Source: an uncultured Bacilli bacterium (GTDB taxonomy: Bacteria > Bacillota_I > Bacilli_A > RF39 > UBA660). From it: DNA of 32,854 nucleotides. The position numbers and the translations under genes were made by a program. Shown here piece after piece: positions 1-8,112 of the stretch. The notes under the pieces were generated by a model. It saw only the letters and a program-made list of their open reading frames with translations, was not told the origin of the DNA and did no database searches. Position 1 is the first letter of the stretch. Each line of letters opens with the position of its first letter. The stretch spans positions 1 through 32,854 of the forward strand of contig CANQIY010000002.1 in NCBI GenBank assembly GCA_947624125.1. Reading direction: 5' to 3'.

Positions 1-603
1 GTAGCTTATCTTTCTCATTCAGCATATGGAATAGGAACAGAAATAAGAATAAATAACAATGAAACATACATGACAGGATATTCAGCAGCATCAAATACTG
101 ACCAAAGTAGTATTCCTGGTGAAAGAGGAATAGATGATAAAGTAACAAAACCATACGATACACCAACCGGGTACTTAGCCAGTACAACTGGCAATATAAC
201 AGGTATATATGATATGAGTGGCGGAGCTCATGAATATGTAGCTGGGTATAGTAAAAATATAGAAGAAAAAAGTGGTTTTAGTGAAGACCCTAGTACAAAA
301 TATCCAGGTTATTTTGATAAATATCCGGACGATAGCTCTTGGCGTACTACTAACAAACGTATCTTAGGAGATGCAACAGGGGAAATGGGTCCATTCTATA
401 ATTATTACGAAAAAAACGGGACTTCATATTATCACAATGCTTGGTACGCCGACTATTCGAACTTCGTTGACTCGACGTACCCATGGTTCTATCGTGGGGG
501 CCTTTACGACGATGGAGTTCTCGCAGGTCAGTTCTACTTCGGTAGGAACACGGGAGGTGCGTATTCGAACGTTTCCTCACGTCTTGTTCTCGCCCCACAA
601 TGA
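1..603 (+). CDS. 3' part of a larger gene (open from nt 1, frame 1): FGE-sulfatase/C-type-lectin-fold protein, DGR variable (target) protein
   Basis: Frame 1 has no stop from nt 1 to TGA at 601-603, so the tracked ATG at 70 is internal. GIYDMSGGAHEYVAG resembles the G-x-YDMSGNVWEW signature of FGE/CLec domains. The C-terminal 52 codons are the VR of a VR/TR pair. Confidence 0.8.
   Translation, partial: VAYLSHSAYGIGTEIRINNNETYMTGYSAASNTDQSSIPGERGIDDKVTKPYDTPTGYLASTTGNITGIYDMSGGAHEYVAGYSKNIEEKSGFSEDPSTKYPGYFDKYPDDSSWRTTNKRILGDATGEMGPFYNYYEKNGTSYYHNAWYADYSNFVDSTYPWFYRGGLYDDGVLAGQFYFGRNTGGAYSNVSSRLVLAPQ
448..603 (+). repeat. DGR variable repeat (VR), including a 15-nt 3' IMH-like end (589-603)
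   Basis: Direct repeat of 827-982. Differs from it in the first 141 nt only at 12 positions, and the other copy has A at every one. Confidence 0.85.
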
Positions 604-640
604 CTTTTTTCCCTTCATTCATTTAAGTCATCTTGTTAAA

Positions 641-673
641 GCCATCCCCACCTTCTTTTTTAGTGGGGATGGC
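641..673 (+). other. GC-rich perfect hairpin 38 nt downstream of VR (11-bp stem gccatccccac/gtggggatggc, 11-nt loop)
   Basis: Perfect inverted repeat 641-651 / 663-673. It is followed by an A-run rather than a T-run on the + strand, so it is not a canonical intrinsic terminator for the target gene. Confidence 0.6.
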
Positions 674-789
674 TAAAGAAAAAATAAAAAAAATAAAAAA
701 ATAAAAATTAAATACTGCTTTGGCATTTATAATGGTTATCAGTTTAATATACTGATAATACATGTTTAAATATAAATGTAGGTCATAAG

Positions 790-818
790 TTGTCAAAACT
801 ATCTTTTTTAAATAATAA
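790..818 (+). promoter_or_regulatory. Candidate sigma-70-type promoter immediately upstream of TR
   Basis: TTGTCA (790-795), 17-nt spacer, TAATAA (813-818). The predicted start falls a few nt before TR nt 827. Confidence 0.3.
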
Positions 819-826
819 CTCTTTTT

Positions 827-982
827 GCCGACAATTCGAACTTCGTTGACTCGACGAACCCATGGTTCAATCGTGGGGGCAATTACAACAATGGAGTTCT
901 CGCAGGTCAGTTCAACTTCAATAGGAACACGGGAGGTGCGAATTCGAACATTTCCTCACGTCTTGTTTTAACCCCTCAATAA
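827..982 (+). repeat. DGR template repeat (TR), non-coding, with an IMH*-like 3' end (968-982)
   Basis: Same-strand copy of 448-603. It carries A at all 12 mismatch positions. Nine AAY (Asn) codons correspond to diversified VR codons. It lies outside any supported ORF. Confidence 0.85.
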
Positions 983-1018
983 AAAATAAACAATTACACA
1001 GCTTGTTTATTTTTTTTA
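982..1018 (+). terminator. A/T-rich hairpin flanked by an A-run and a T-run (possibly a bidirectional terminator) directly after TR
   Basis: aaaaataaacaa (982-993) pairs perfectly with ttgtttattttt (1003-1014), followed by more T. The stem is weak and almost all A-U. It overlaps the stop codon of the convergent gene. Confidence 0.4.
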
Positions 1019-1305
1019 GTTTTTTTCATATTAATTTTTTCTAAAGTTTTTAATAAATCTTCGGCATCTTTTAGTTCTGTCTCTTTAATGTAAGAATTTA
1101 GTTTACTAAAAGAGTTATTTTTATAAACAATAGCAATTAACCACCCACTAATAAGAGCTCTTTTAAAACGAAAAATATAACAAATATCTTTATCTTTTGA
1201 AAATTTATTAGTATAAACTATTTTAAAGGGATTATATCCAATACCATTTTTAGTACATAACCATTCTCTTAATAATTCTTGAGCTTTTAAAACATCATTA
1301 TTCAT
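994..1305 (-). CDS. Hypothetical 103-aa protein, convergent with TR
   Basis: Strong RBS (AGAGGTG, 5 nt before the ATG). No motif recognised. Not Avd-like and not an RT. Confidence 0.6.
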   Translation of the reverse strand: MNNDVLKAQELLREWLCTKNGIGYNPFKIVYTNKFSKDKDICYIFRFKRALISGWLIAIVYKNNSFSKLNSYIKETELKDAEDLLKTLEKINMKKTKKNKQAV

Positions 1306-1490
1306 TTATTCACCTCTTCAAATTTAAACACTATTCTAAAATAATTTTCACATATTATAATCTAAAAGTAAAGATAAAGGAAATGCTTATTGTCAAGTTA
1401 TACTATACTTATTTACACTTAATTAACATACAGTGTCTATTGACTTTGGCTTTTATAAATAGCTATAATTATAATGAAAGGTATTAAAGA

Positions 1491-2798
1491 ATGAAGAAAA
1501 GTATAAAAATAATTTTAGGAGCAATGGTTGGTTTTTTAAGCATTGCCAAAGTAAATGCTTTAACTCCTACTGATGTTTTTGATGAGTTAGCCCCAAATGA
1601 TGTAATGGCAGTTGATATAGTAAAACCTAAAGAAATATCTTCCCATTTAACGGCGTGGCTTAGTTCCAAATTAAAAACCGATATTATTGCATCAGTAGAT
1701 AACTGTAATAATGATGAAACAAATTGTGATGTTACAATTAGTATTAATGATGAAAATGAGCTTAATACTTTAACAAAAAATATTAATTTTAAGTGGCATG
1801 AAAAAGAAGATGCAATTTTAAAAATTGTTGAAGATAATAAACATAACTTAGAAGAAAAAGAAATAGTTATAACTGATTTAGCTTATTTAAGTTATTTAAA
1901 TAGTGAAAATAAGAAAATAACCGATTTTTTAGATTTAAAAGATGTTTATAATGACTATAATATAAGTGACTTTTGGCTCGAAAAAGATAATGCTCTAGCT
2001 AGTGTTTATTTATTTTATAATGGTATATTATATGATTATAAAGAAGATTTAAATATTATTAAGGAAAATATAATATATGTTTCTAGTGATACTTTAGAAG
2101 AAGATATATTAAAAGTTGCTAAAGAAAGAATAGATACTTATTTTGGGAAAGATAAAATAGACATTGCTATTGGAGGTTCAGTTAGCGAGTTAGATATTAG
2201 TAATTTACCTAAAATAGATAAAAGAAAAATGAGTGAAAATTACTATAATGTCACATTAACTAATGGAGATATTGTAAAATTTATAATTGTAAAAGATGAA
2301 ACTAAATATATGGCTTCAGAAAGAGAATTAACTGATAATGGAGTAAGTATAATAACAAATTCTAGTTTAGTTAAAGAAAATGCTACTTTAAAAGTTAATA
2401 AAATAAATAGTAATACAACAGAATATAATAATTTAAAAGAAATATTTAAAAGTGATTTTATAGCTTATGATATAAATATTGATAATAAAATTACTAATAT
2501 AGGAAATGATACCTTTATTGTTAAAATTCCTCTTAATGAAAATTTTACAAATAGAGATTTAGTAGCGTATTATATAAATGAAGATAATACTTTAGAAGAA
2601 CATGAAATAGTAATTGATAAATTAGGTAATGCTATATTTACAACTAATCATTTAAGTAAATATATTATTACAGGTCGAATAGGAGTTATAAACCCTGAAA
2701 TAACTCCCCAAACAGGTGATAATATAGTTCTTTATGTTGGTTTATTTATTGTTTCTATCGGAGCTATTGCCTTTGCTATAAAGAAATTTTGGAAATAA
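1491..2798 (+). CDS. Cell-wall-anchored surface protein (signal peptide plus sortase-type sorting signal)
   Basis: N-terminal MKKSIKIILGAMVGFLSIAKVNA. C-terminal TPQTGD, then a hydrophobic helix and a KKFWK tail, an (S/P)PxTG-like sortase motif. Confidence 0.7.
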   Translation: MKKSIKIILGAMVGFLSIAKVNALTPTDVFDELAPNDVMAVDIVKPKEISSHLTAWLSSKLKTDIIASVDNCNNDETNCDVTISINDENELNTLTKNINFKWHEKEDAILKIVEDNKHNLEEKEIVITDLAYLSYLNSENKKITDFLDLKDVYNDYNISDFWLEKDNALASVYLFYNGILYDYKEDLNIIKENIIYVSSDTLEEDILKVAKERIDTYFGKDKIDIAIGGSVSELDISNLPKIDKRKMSENYYNVTLTNGDIVKFIIVKDETKYMASERELTDNGVSIITNSSLVKENATLKVNKINSNTTEYNNLKEIFKSDFIAYDINIDNKITNIGNDTFIVKIPLNENFTNRDLVAYYINEDNTLEEHEIVIDKLGNAIFTTNHLSKYIITGRIGVINPEITPQTGDNIVLYVGLFIVSIGAIAFAIKKFWK

Positions 2799-2803
2799 GA
2801 AAG

Positions 2804-2829
2804 TTAGTTCAAATAGAACTGATTTTTTT
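2804..2829 (+). terminator. Intrinsic terminator after the surface-protein gene
   Basis: ttagttc-aaata-gaactga stem-loop followed by TTTTTTT. Confidence 0.55.
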
Positions 2830-2854
2830 CATTAATGTGTTATAATAATACTTT

Positions 2855-3358
2855 GTGGGGATGAATAACATGTTTAGTTTTGAAAAATTTATTGCAGGAG
2901 CATTAATTTATTATCCAAAAATAGATGAATTTGATATGGAAATATTGTTCACTGAATTTAAGAAAAAATCTCCTAATATTAAGATAACAAAAGTATTTAA
3001 TTTAAATTTAATAGGTAATTATGTTTATGTAAATAATGGTTATTTAATGTTAAAACCTAATTTAACATTAGATACATATGTTAATAGTATGGAAAAAACA
3101 ATAAGAGAATTATTTAGAGATTTAGCTGGGACTAATATTAATAAGTTTTTTCAAACTTTTCTAAGAGAAGACTTTATTTTACAAAAAATCGCATTATATA
3201 AGTATTTATCTTTAGAAAATGAATTTTTAGAAGAAGAAAAAGAGGCCATTATTGAACTTTTAGAACAGGGTTATTTAAAGAAAGATAAACAAGTTTTAAG
3301 TTTATCACGAAAAGGTTTAATAAAAATAGCAAATAATAAAAAGGAAGTAATATTATGA
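2855..3358 (+). CDS. Hypothetical protein (start ambiguous: GTG 2855, ATG 2861 or ATG 2870)
   Basis: ORF only. Its TGA stop overlaps the next gene's ATG (ATGA at 3355-3358), indicating an operon. Confidence 0.5.
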   Translation: MGMNNMFSFEKFIAGALIYYPKIDEFDMEILFTEFKKKSPNIKITKVFNLNLIGNYVYVNNGYLMLKPNLTLDTYVNSMEKTIRELFRDLAGTNINKFFQTFLREDFILQKIALYKYLSLENEFLEEEKEAIIELLEQGYLKKDKQVLSLSRKGLIKIANNKKEVIL

Positions 3359-3927
3359 AGTGTATTAAATGTCAAAGTAAAAACCGGAATTATGCTAATT
3401 ATTGTAAAAATTGTGGTTATCATTTTTCAAAAGAAGAACAAGAAGCTGCTTCTAAATGGAGTTTACCATGGTTTTTAGAAAAAATAGATAACTTCAAAAA
3501 GCTCATAACCTTAGATATTTTAAAAGGCAATATTATTTATCGGATATTATCAATAATAGTAGTTTTATTTATAGGTATTTATATGATAATTGTTAATGGT
3601 TTAAATATGAAAATATTGCCTAGTGATAATTATAAAATAGAATTTAATAAGAAAGAAAAAGAATATTATATTATCAATAAAGAAGAAGAAACCAAATTAA
3701 ATTTATATTTACCAAATAAGATTAAAGAAATAAAAATTATATTGTATGATAAAAATAATAATATTATAAAAGAAACAAATTATCAAAAGAAAGATGATAT
3801 TATCTTAAATGATAATTATGATGAAAATTATTATGTAATAGAAAGTATAAGTAATTCTAAAGTAGAAGATAAGATAAAGTTATATGTATACTTACAAGAT
3901 AATGTTGAGGTGTCTGATGAAAAATAA
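3355..3927 (+). CDS. Zinc-ribbon domain membrane protein
   Basis: N-terminal CIKCQSKNRNYANYCKNCG (CxxC-x10-CxxC), followed by one hydrophobic helix (IIYRILSIIVVLFIGIYMIIV). Confidence 0.6.
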   Translation: MKCIKCQSKNRNYANYCKNCGYHFSKEEQEAASKWSLPWFLEKIDNFKKLITLDILKGNIIYRILSIIVVLFIGIYMIIVNGLNMKILPSDNYKIEFNKKEKEYYIINKEEETKLNLYLPNKIKEIKIILYDKNNNIIKETNYQKKDDIILNDNYDENYYVIESISNSKVEDKIKLYVYLQDNVEVSDEK

Positions 3928-4825
3928 TAAATATTGTCTTTTTTGTGGAGCTTTAAATGAAGAAAGTCATAAAATTTGTAAAAAGTGCCATAAAATTATT
4001 AAACCGGAATTAAATGATTTTTTAAAATATTTAAAAGATAATATAAATGATGAATTAAAAGATAAAGTAGAAGATAAAGTAACTTCTATTATAATTAATT
4101 ATATTAAATCACATCTATATGGTTTTATTTTAACTTGTTCTATAGTATTAAGTGTAGCAAGTGGAGTTATAGTTCATGTCAATAATACAAAAGATATTGT
4201 TAATGTATTGGAAAAACCAACTGTAATGCATCTTTATAGGGGAGAGGGGTTAACAAGTAGAGAAGTTGTTACCAAATATGTAGAAGCCCTTAGTAAAGAT
4301 GCTCTAAATACAGCAACATCTTTACAATTAGATAACTATTATCCGGAATTAAAGAAAGATTTTCCAAGAATTGTTTATTTTATAGATGATAGTGAATTTC
4401 AAAAACCAACACATATATTATTATCTTTGAAAGATACTTATTTTAGTCATCTAAATAATTATAATATTTCTTCTTTAACTATTGAAGAAGATGAGGGGTA
4501 TAGTCCTTATTATTATCAAGATAAATATTTAGTGGAAACTTATACAGTTACAACAGAATATTGTTCATTTAATAATTGTGATAATAGTAATAAATTATTA
4601 GTTACAACATTTGTACAAACTGTCCAAATTGATGGTAATTTCTATGTTTCAGCTTCTGAATATACCGCAATGGATATTGGTAGTTCTTATAAATTCTATA
4701 TGTTACAAAAAGAAAATGGTAATCCTACAAATTTAGATTTTAATAAATTAGATGAAGAATTATATGCTTGTATTGATAATTATGTTGGTTGTGAAAATAT
4801 TGCTCCGGAATTTTGGCAAGATTAA
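3917..4825 (+). CDS. Zinc-ribbon domain membrane protein (paralogous architecture to the preceding gene)
   Basis: Start moved to ATG 3917 (GAGGTG RBS at 3905-3912; overlaps the upstream stop). CLFCGALNEESHKICKKCH zinc ribbon plus a TM helix. Confidence 0.6.
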   Translation: MKNNKYCLFCGALNEESHKICKKCHKIIKPELNDFLKYLKDNINDELKDKVEDKVTSIIINYIKSHLYGFILTCSIVLSVASGVIVHVNNTKDIVNVLEKPTVMHLYRGEGLTSREVVTKYVEALSKDALNTATSLQLDNYYPELKKDFPRIVYFIDDSEFQKPTHILLSLKDTYFSHLNNYNISSLTIEEDEGYSPYYYQDKYLVETYTVTTEYCSFNNCDNSNKLLVTTFVQTVQIDGNFYVSASEYTAMDIGSSYKFYMLQKENGNPTNLDFNKLDEELYACIDNYVGCENIAPEFWQD

Positions 4826-4828
4826 ATG

Positions 4829-4856
4829 AATAACTAAGAAATTAGTTATTTTTTTT
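4829..4856 (+). terminator. Intrinsic terminator
   Basis: aataacta-agaaat-tagttatt stem-loop followed by TTTTTT. Confidence 0.55.
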
Positions 4857-4865
4857 AATTTGTTT

Positions 4866-5483
4866 TTATTCTAATATATTTTTGCTAGTTATATTTCCAT
4901 CTTTATCTTTAATAAAAAATTCTGTTTTTTGATATGTTTTTTTGCCATTATTATCATAATATGTATATGTAACTTTATCAGGAGCATTTGGACTCGTAAA
5001 AGGGTCATAGCTACCTTTACCAAAATCACCATGTACTCTTACTTTTGTTCCCGTTAAGAGAAATCCATAGTAGTCATAATAATCGACATGGACACTGAAA
5101 AAAGAAGATGTAACAGCAACATATTTTTTACTATCTAAAGTTGTAGTATGTTCTGGGTTATAATAAAGAAATCCTACTAATTTTATAAAGGGAAAGAAAG
5201 AATAAATAGACACGATAATGGGGATTATACCTATGAAGGAAATAATCGCAGCTTTCTTTTTATTATCTGATGATAAAAAGATTTGTTGAATTATACCAAT
5301 TATAAAACCAATGATAGCTATTAAGATTATAAGAATAATAGCCCATAACCTAAATCTTATATTTATTAAATAAAGAATAAAATTAATTAATATGTTAATA
5401 CCAATAAAAATTAAATCACCAATTAATATATTATTTTTAAGAAATGTCATATATGTTTTAATTTTACTTTTCGTAATAGTCAC
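4866..5483 (-). CDS. Multi-pass membrane protein, unknown function (start uncertain)
   Basis: About 4 hydrophobic helices in the N-terminal half. The GTG start abuts the SD-like AAGAGG, so the real start is unclear. Confidence 0.5.
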   Translation of the reverse strand: MTITKSKIKTYMTFLKNNILIGDLIFIGINILINFILYLINIRFRLWAIILIILIAIIGFIIGIIQQIFLSSDNKKKAAIISFIGIIPIIVSIYSFFPFIKLVGFLYYNPEHTTTLDSKKYVAVTSSFFSVHVDYYDYYGFLLTGTKVRVHGDFGKGSYDPFTSPNAPDKVTYTYYDNNGKKTYQKTEFFIKDKDGNITSKNILE

Positions 5484-5699
5484 CTCTTATTTGCTATTAT
5501 ACTATAGATATGATTATAAATATATTGTTTGGTAAAAATTTTGTTATATAATTCACTTCGTCAACAAAGATTATAATTATATTGCAATTGTAAAAACAAA
5601 TTAAAAACTCCATTCATTATACATAAACCATTCACGTTCTAAACGTAAAGCTTCGAATTGAACAGAGTTCTAATATATTATTCTTTATTAAGGAATATA

Positions 5700-6902
5700 T
5701 TACTCTTCACTTAAAAAATCAATAATATTAATAACATGTATTCCTTCTATTTGTTTATTTTTTACATTATCCATAGTTAATATTATTTTTTTATAATTAT
5801 CATTTATTGCTAGAAGTGATTTTTTTTCACGTTCTTCTACTTTTTCATCCATTAGGCTTCTTGTAACTTGAAAGTATATTTTTTCGTTAGGATTTACGGC
5901 AATAAAATCAATTTCTATATCATTATATTGTCCTACATATACTTCGTAGCCGCGTCTCAATAATTCTATATATACAATATTTTCATAACTACTACCTGTA
6001 TCGTAAGATGAAATACCTGCAATGATATTTTTAATGCCATTATCTACAAAGTAATATTTCCCCTGGGTTTTTAGTAGTTGTTTTCCCTTTAATTCATATC
6101 GAGGAACTCTGTATATGAAATAAGCATTTTCTAACATTTTTAAATAAGAGTCAACTGTTTCATTTGTAATTAAACTGCCATTTTGCTTCATAAATTCGGC
6201 AATTTTATAAGGAGTTGTAAGATTACCAATTGTGGATGCCATATATTTGATTAAATTGTCCAAAAAGACAATATCTTTTATGTTATTACGACTAATGACA
6301 TCTTTTTTTAAAACAACTTCTTTTAAATCGTTTAAATAATTAATAATTAAATTTTCGTTATCGTTCATGTTGGCAATCATTGGCATTCCACCATATTTTA
6401 AATATTTATCAAATTTATCGAATTTGTCTTCTGTATCTTTAAAAGGATAGATGCTTATAAATTCTTTAAAAGAGAAAGGATATATTTTTATAGTTAAAAC
6501 TCTTCCTGCAAGAAGGGTAGTCAGTTCGCTTGATAATAAATATGCGTTTGAACCGGTTATGTAGATATCGGTATTAAAATCAACTAAAATAGAATTAACA
6601 GCTTTTTCCCACTTAGAAACATTTTGTACTTCATCAAGTAAAATATAAAATTTATTTTTGTTAACAATTCTATCCTTTATATAATTATATAAATCATTAT
6701 AATCATTAATATTATAAAATTCTGCACTTTCAAAATTCATATAAATTATATTTGTTTTATTAATATTTTGATTTAATAAATAATCTTTGTATTGAAGTAA
6801 TAAGGTACTTTTTCCCGCTCTTCGAACCCCAACTATAACCTTAATTAAATTAAGGTCTTTACTTTCAATTAATTTATTTAAATATTTTTCACGTATTAAC
6901 AT
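5700..6902 (-). CDS. AAA-type ATPase with C-terminal DUF4143-like domain (COG1373-type)
   Basis: Walker A GVRRAGKST and Walker B-like ILLDEVQ, with the typical family length. Start moved to ATG 6902 (GGGTG RBS 6 nt upstream). Minus-strand promoter candidate: TTGACA (6943-6948), 17 nt, TATATT. Confidence 0.7.
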   Translation of the reverse strand: MLIREKYLNKLIESKDLNLIKVIVGVRRAGKSTLLLQYKDYLLNQNINKTNIIYMNFESAEFYNINDYNDLYNYIKDRIVNKNKFYILLDEVQNVSKWEKAVNSILVDFNTDIYITGSNAYLLSSELTTLLAGRVLTIKIYPFSFKEFISIYPFKDTEDKFDKFDKYLKYGGMPMIANMNDNENLIINYLNDLKEVVLKKDVISRNNIKDIVFLDNLIKYMASTIGNLTTPYKIAEFMKQNGSLITNETVDSYLKMLENAYFIYRVPRYELKGKQLLKTQGKYYFVDNGIKNIIAGISSYDTGSSYENIVYIELLRRGYEVYVGQYNDIEIDFIAVNPNEKIYFQVTRSLMDEKVEEREKKSLLAINDNYKKIILTMDNVKNKQIEGIHVINIIDFLSEE

Positions 6903-7180
6903 ATTTAACACCCATATTAAATATATAATATTTTTTTGAATTTGTCAAGTTTTACGGCTGTAACCGTAAAAAAACATTTTTTTTGCTTTTTTACGGTTAT
7001 GAAATTAATTTTTCAGCAATAAAAAAATTTTTGATAATTTCTTTCATTTATCATGGAGCGATTGTGCAAGATGATTTCATTAGCTAAATTAGACCTAACT
7101 TTTTCTACTAAATTAGTAATAATTATTTTATCATATAAATTGCTAAATAATGTTAATATTAGTTACTTTTTTGTTTCAAT

Positions 7181-7206
7181 AAAAAATCATCTCTAGATAG
7201 AGATGA
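7181..7206 (-). terminator. Intrinsic terminator downstream of tRNA-Cys
   Basis: Palindrome tcatctctagatagagatga (7187-7206), followed on the minus strand by TTTTTT (7181-7186). Confidence 0.6.
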
Positions 7207-7247
7207 AATATATTTGAATGTCCGAGCATTCCGAACAGATTTATCAA

Positions 7248-7321
7248 TGGAGGAGCCGGCCGGATTTGAACCGGCGATGAAGGTGTTGCAGACCTGGGCC
7301 TTACCACTTGGCTACGGCTCC
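7248..7321 (-). tRNA. tRNA-Cys: tRNA-Cys (anticodon GCA), CCA encoded
   Basis: Minus-strand 74-nt cloverleaf. Acceptor GGAGCCG/CGGCTCC, T-arm GCCGG-TTCAAAT-CCGGC, anticodon loop CTGCAAC, 3' TCCA. Confidence 0.85.
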
Positions 7322-7511
7322 ATCACTAAGTAACAACCATATTTTAACCTAAAATAGATAAGATGTCAAATATAAGGGCATCATTAATAATATTATATTT
7401 TATTTTATGTAAAAAATGGTAATTGTTAAATAATTTTAACAAAAAGTTAATTATTTTTTCTGTTAATTTAATTCTATATTAGATAAGATAGAGTTAAAGA
7501 GGAGAGAAAAG

Positions 7512-8036
7512 ATGAATATTGGAGAAAAAATTATAAGTTATAGAAAGAAAATGAATTATTCCCAAGAAAAATTAGCTGAAATGTTAGGTGTAACAAGGCA
7601 AACACTATCGAATTGGGAAGATAATATTACGGTACCGGATTTAAAACAAGCCAAAAAACTAGCTGATATATTTCATATTGCAGTTGATGAATTAACTAAT
7701 TCCGAGAAATTATTAATTTCTTTAGTTAAAAAACAAATGACTTTAACAAAAGTAATCATATTTACTATTTATTTTATTATATTAGGTTGTTTAATAACAT
7801 TTAGTATTTATGAATTATTAAAAAAAGATTTTACTTATCCAACTGATGCAAGTTTTGTATGTGTCGTAGATGATAAGGAATACCCAGTCTATGTTACAGA
7901 TAATGAAAATGATGTTTATAAAATAGTTATAGGGGATGAAGAATATTTAGGAGGTAATTCCATTTCAGAATTAATGGAAACTTTAAATGTAGTGAAAAAG
8001 ATGTTAATAAATAATGGGGGAAAATGTTATCATTAA
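7512..8036 (+). CDS. XRE-family HTH transcriptional regulator with a C-terminal membrane-anchored domain
   Basis: YSQEKLAEMLGVTRQTLSNWE helix-turn-helix, then the TM helix VIIFTIYFIILGCLITFSIY. RBS AGAGGAGAG. Confidence 0.8.
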   Translation: MNIGEKIISYRKKMNYSQEKLAEMLGVTRQTLSNWEDNITVPDLKQAKKLADIFHIAVDELTNSEKLLISLVKKQMTLTKVIIFTIYFIILGCLITFSIYELLKKDFTYPTDASFVCVVDDKEYPVYVTDNENDVYKIVIGDEEYLGGNSISELMETLNVVKKMLINNGGKCYH

Positions 8037-8112
8037 TTTTAATTAGAAAAGTTTCTTGAATATGTAAATATGTTATGTTATACTTATATATAGTAAAGAG
8101 GAGCAAATTCTT

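Noticed and set aside
350-676. Tracked ORFs 350-622 (-) and 371-676 (+), which overlap the 3' end of the DGR target gene.
   Set aside because: They lie in alternative frames or antisense to a well-supported coding frame. They sit in the only GC-rich stretch, where stop codons are rare by composition. They have no RBS and no recognisable motifs.
676-712. The A-rich low-complexity run (aaagaaaaaataaaaaaaataaaaaaataaaaatt) between VR and TR as a functional repeat.
   Set aside because: It is simple poly-A/T composition, common in this AT-rich genome, with no defined period or partner sequence.
994-1305. The 103-aa ORF next to TR as the DGR accessory protein Avd, or as a fragment of the RT.
   Set aside because: It is on the opposite strand, convergent with TR. 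It has no Avd-like basic four-helix-bundle signature that I can recognise and no RT motifs. Its sequence looks more like a small immunity- or YrhB-like protein, and I cannot support even that.
7248-7321. tRNA-Cys as the attachment site of an island covering the left 7 kb.
   Set aside because: I found no direct repeat of the tRNA 3' end at lower coordinates and no integrase in the window. The idea stays possible but is unsupported.
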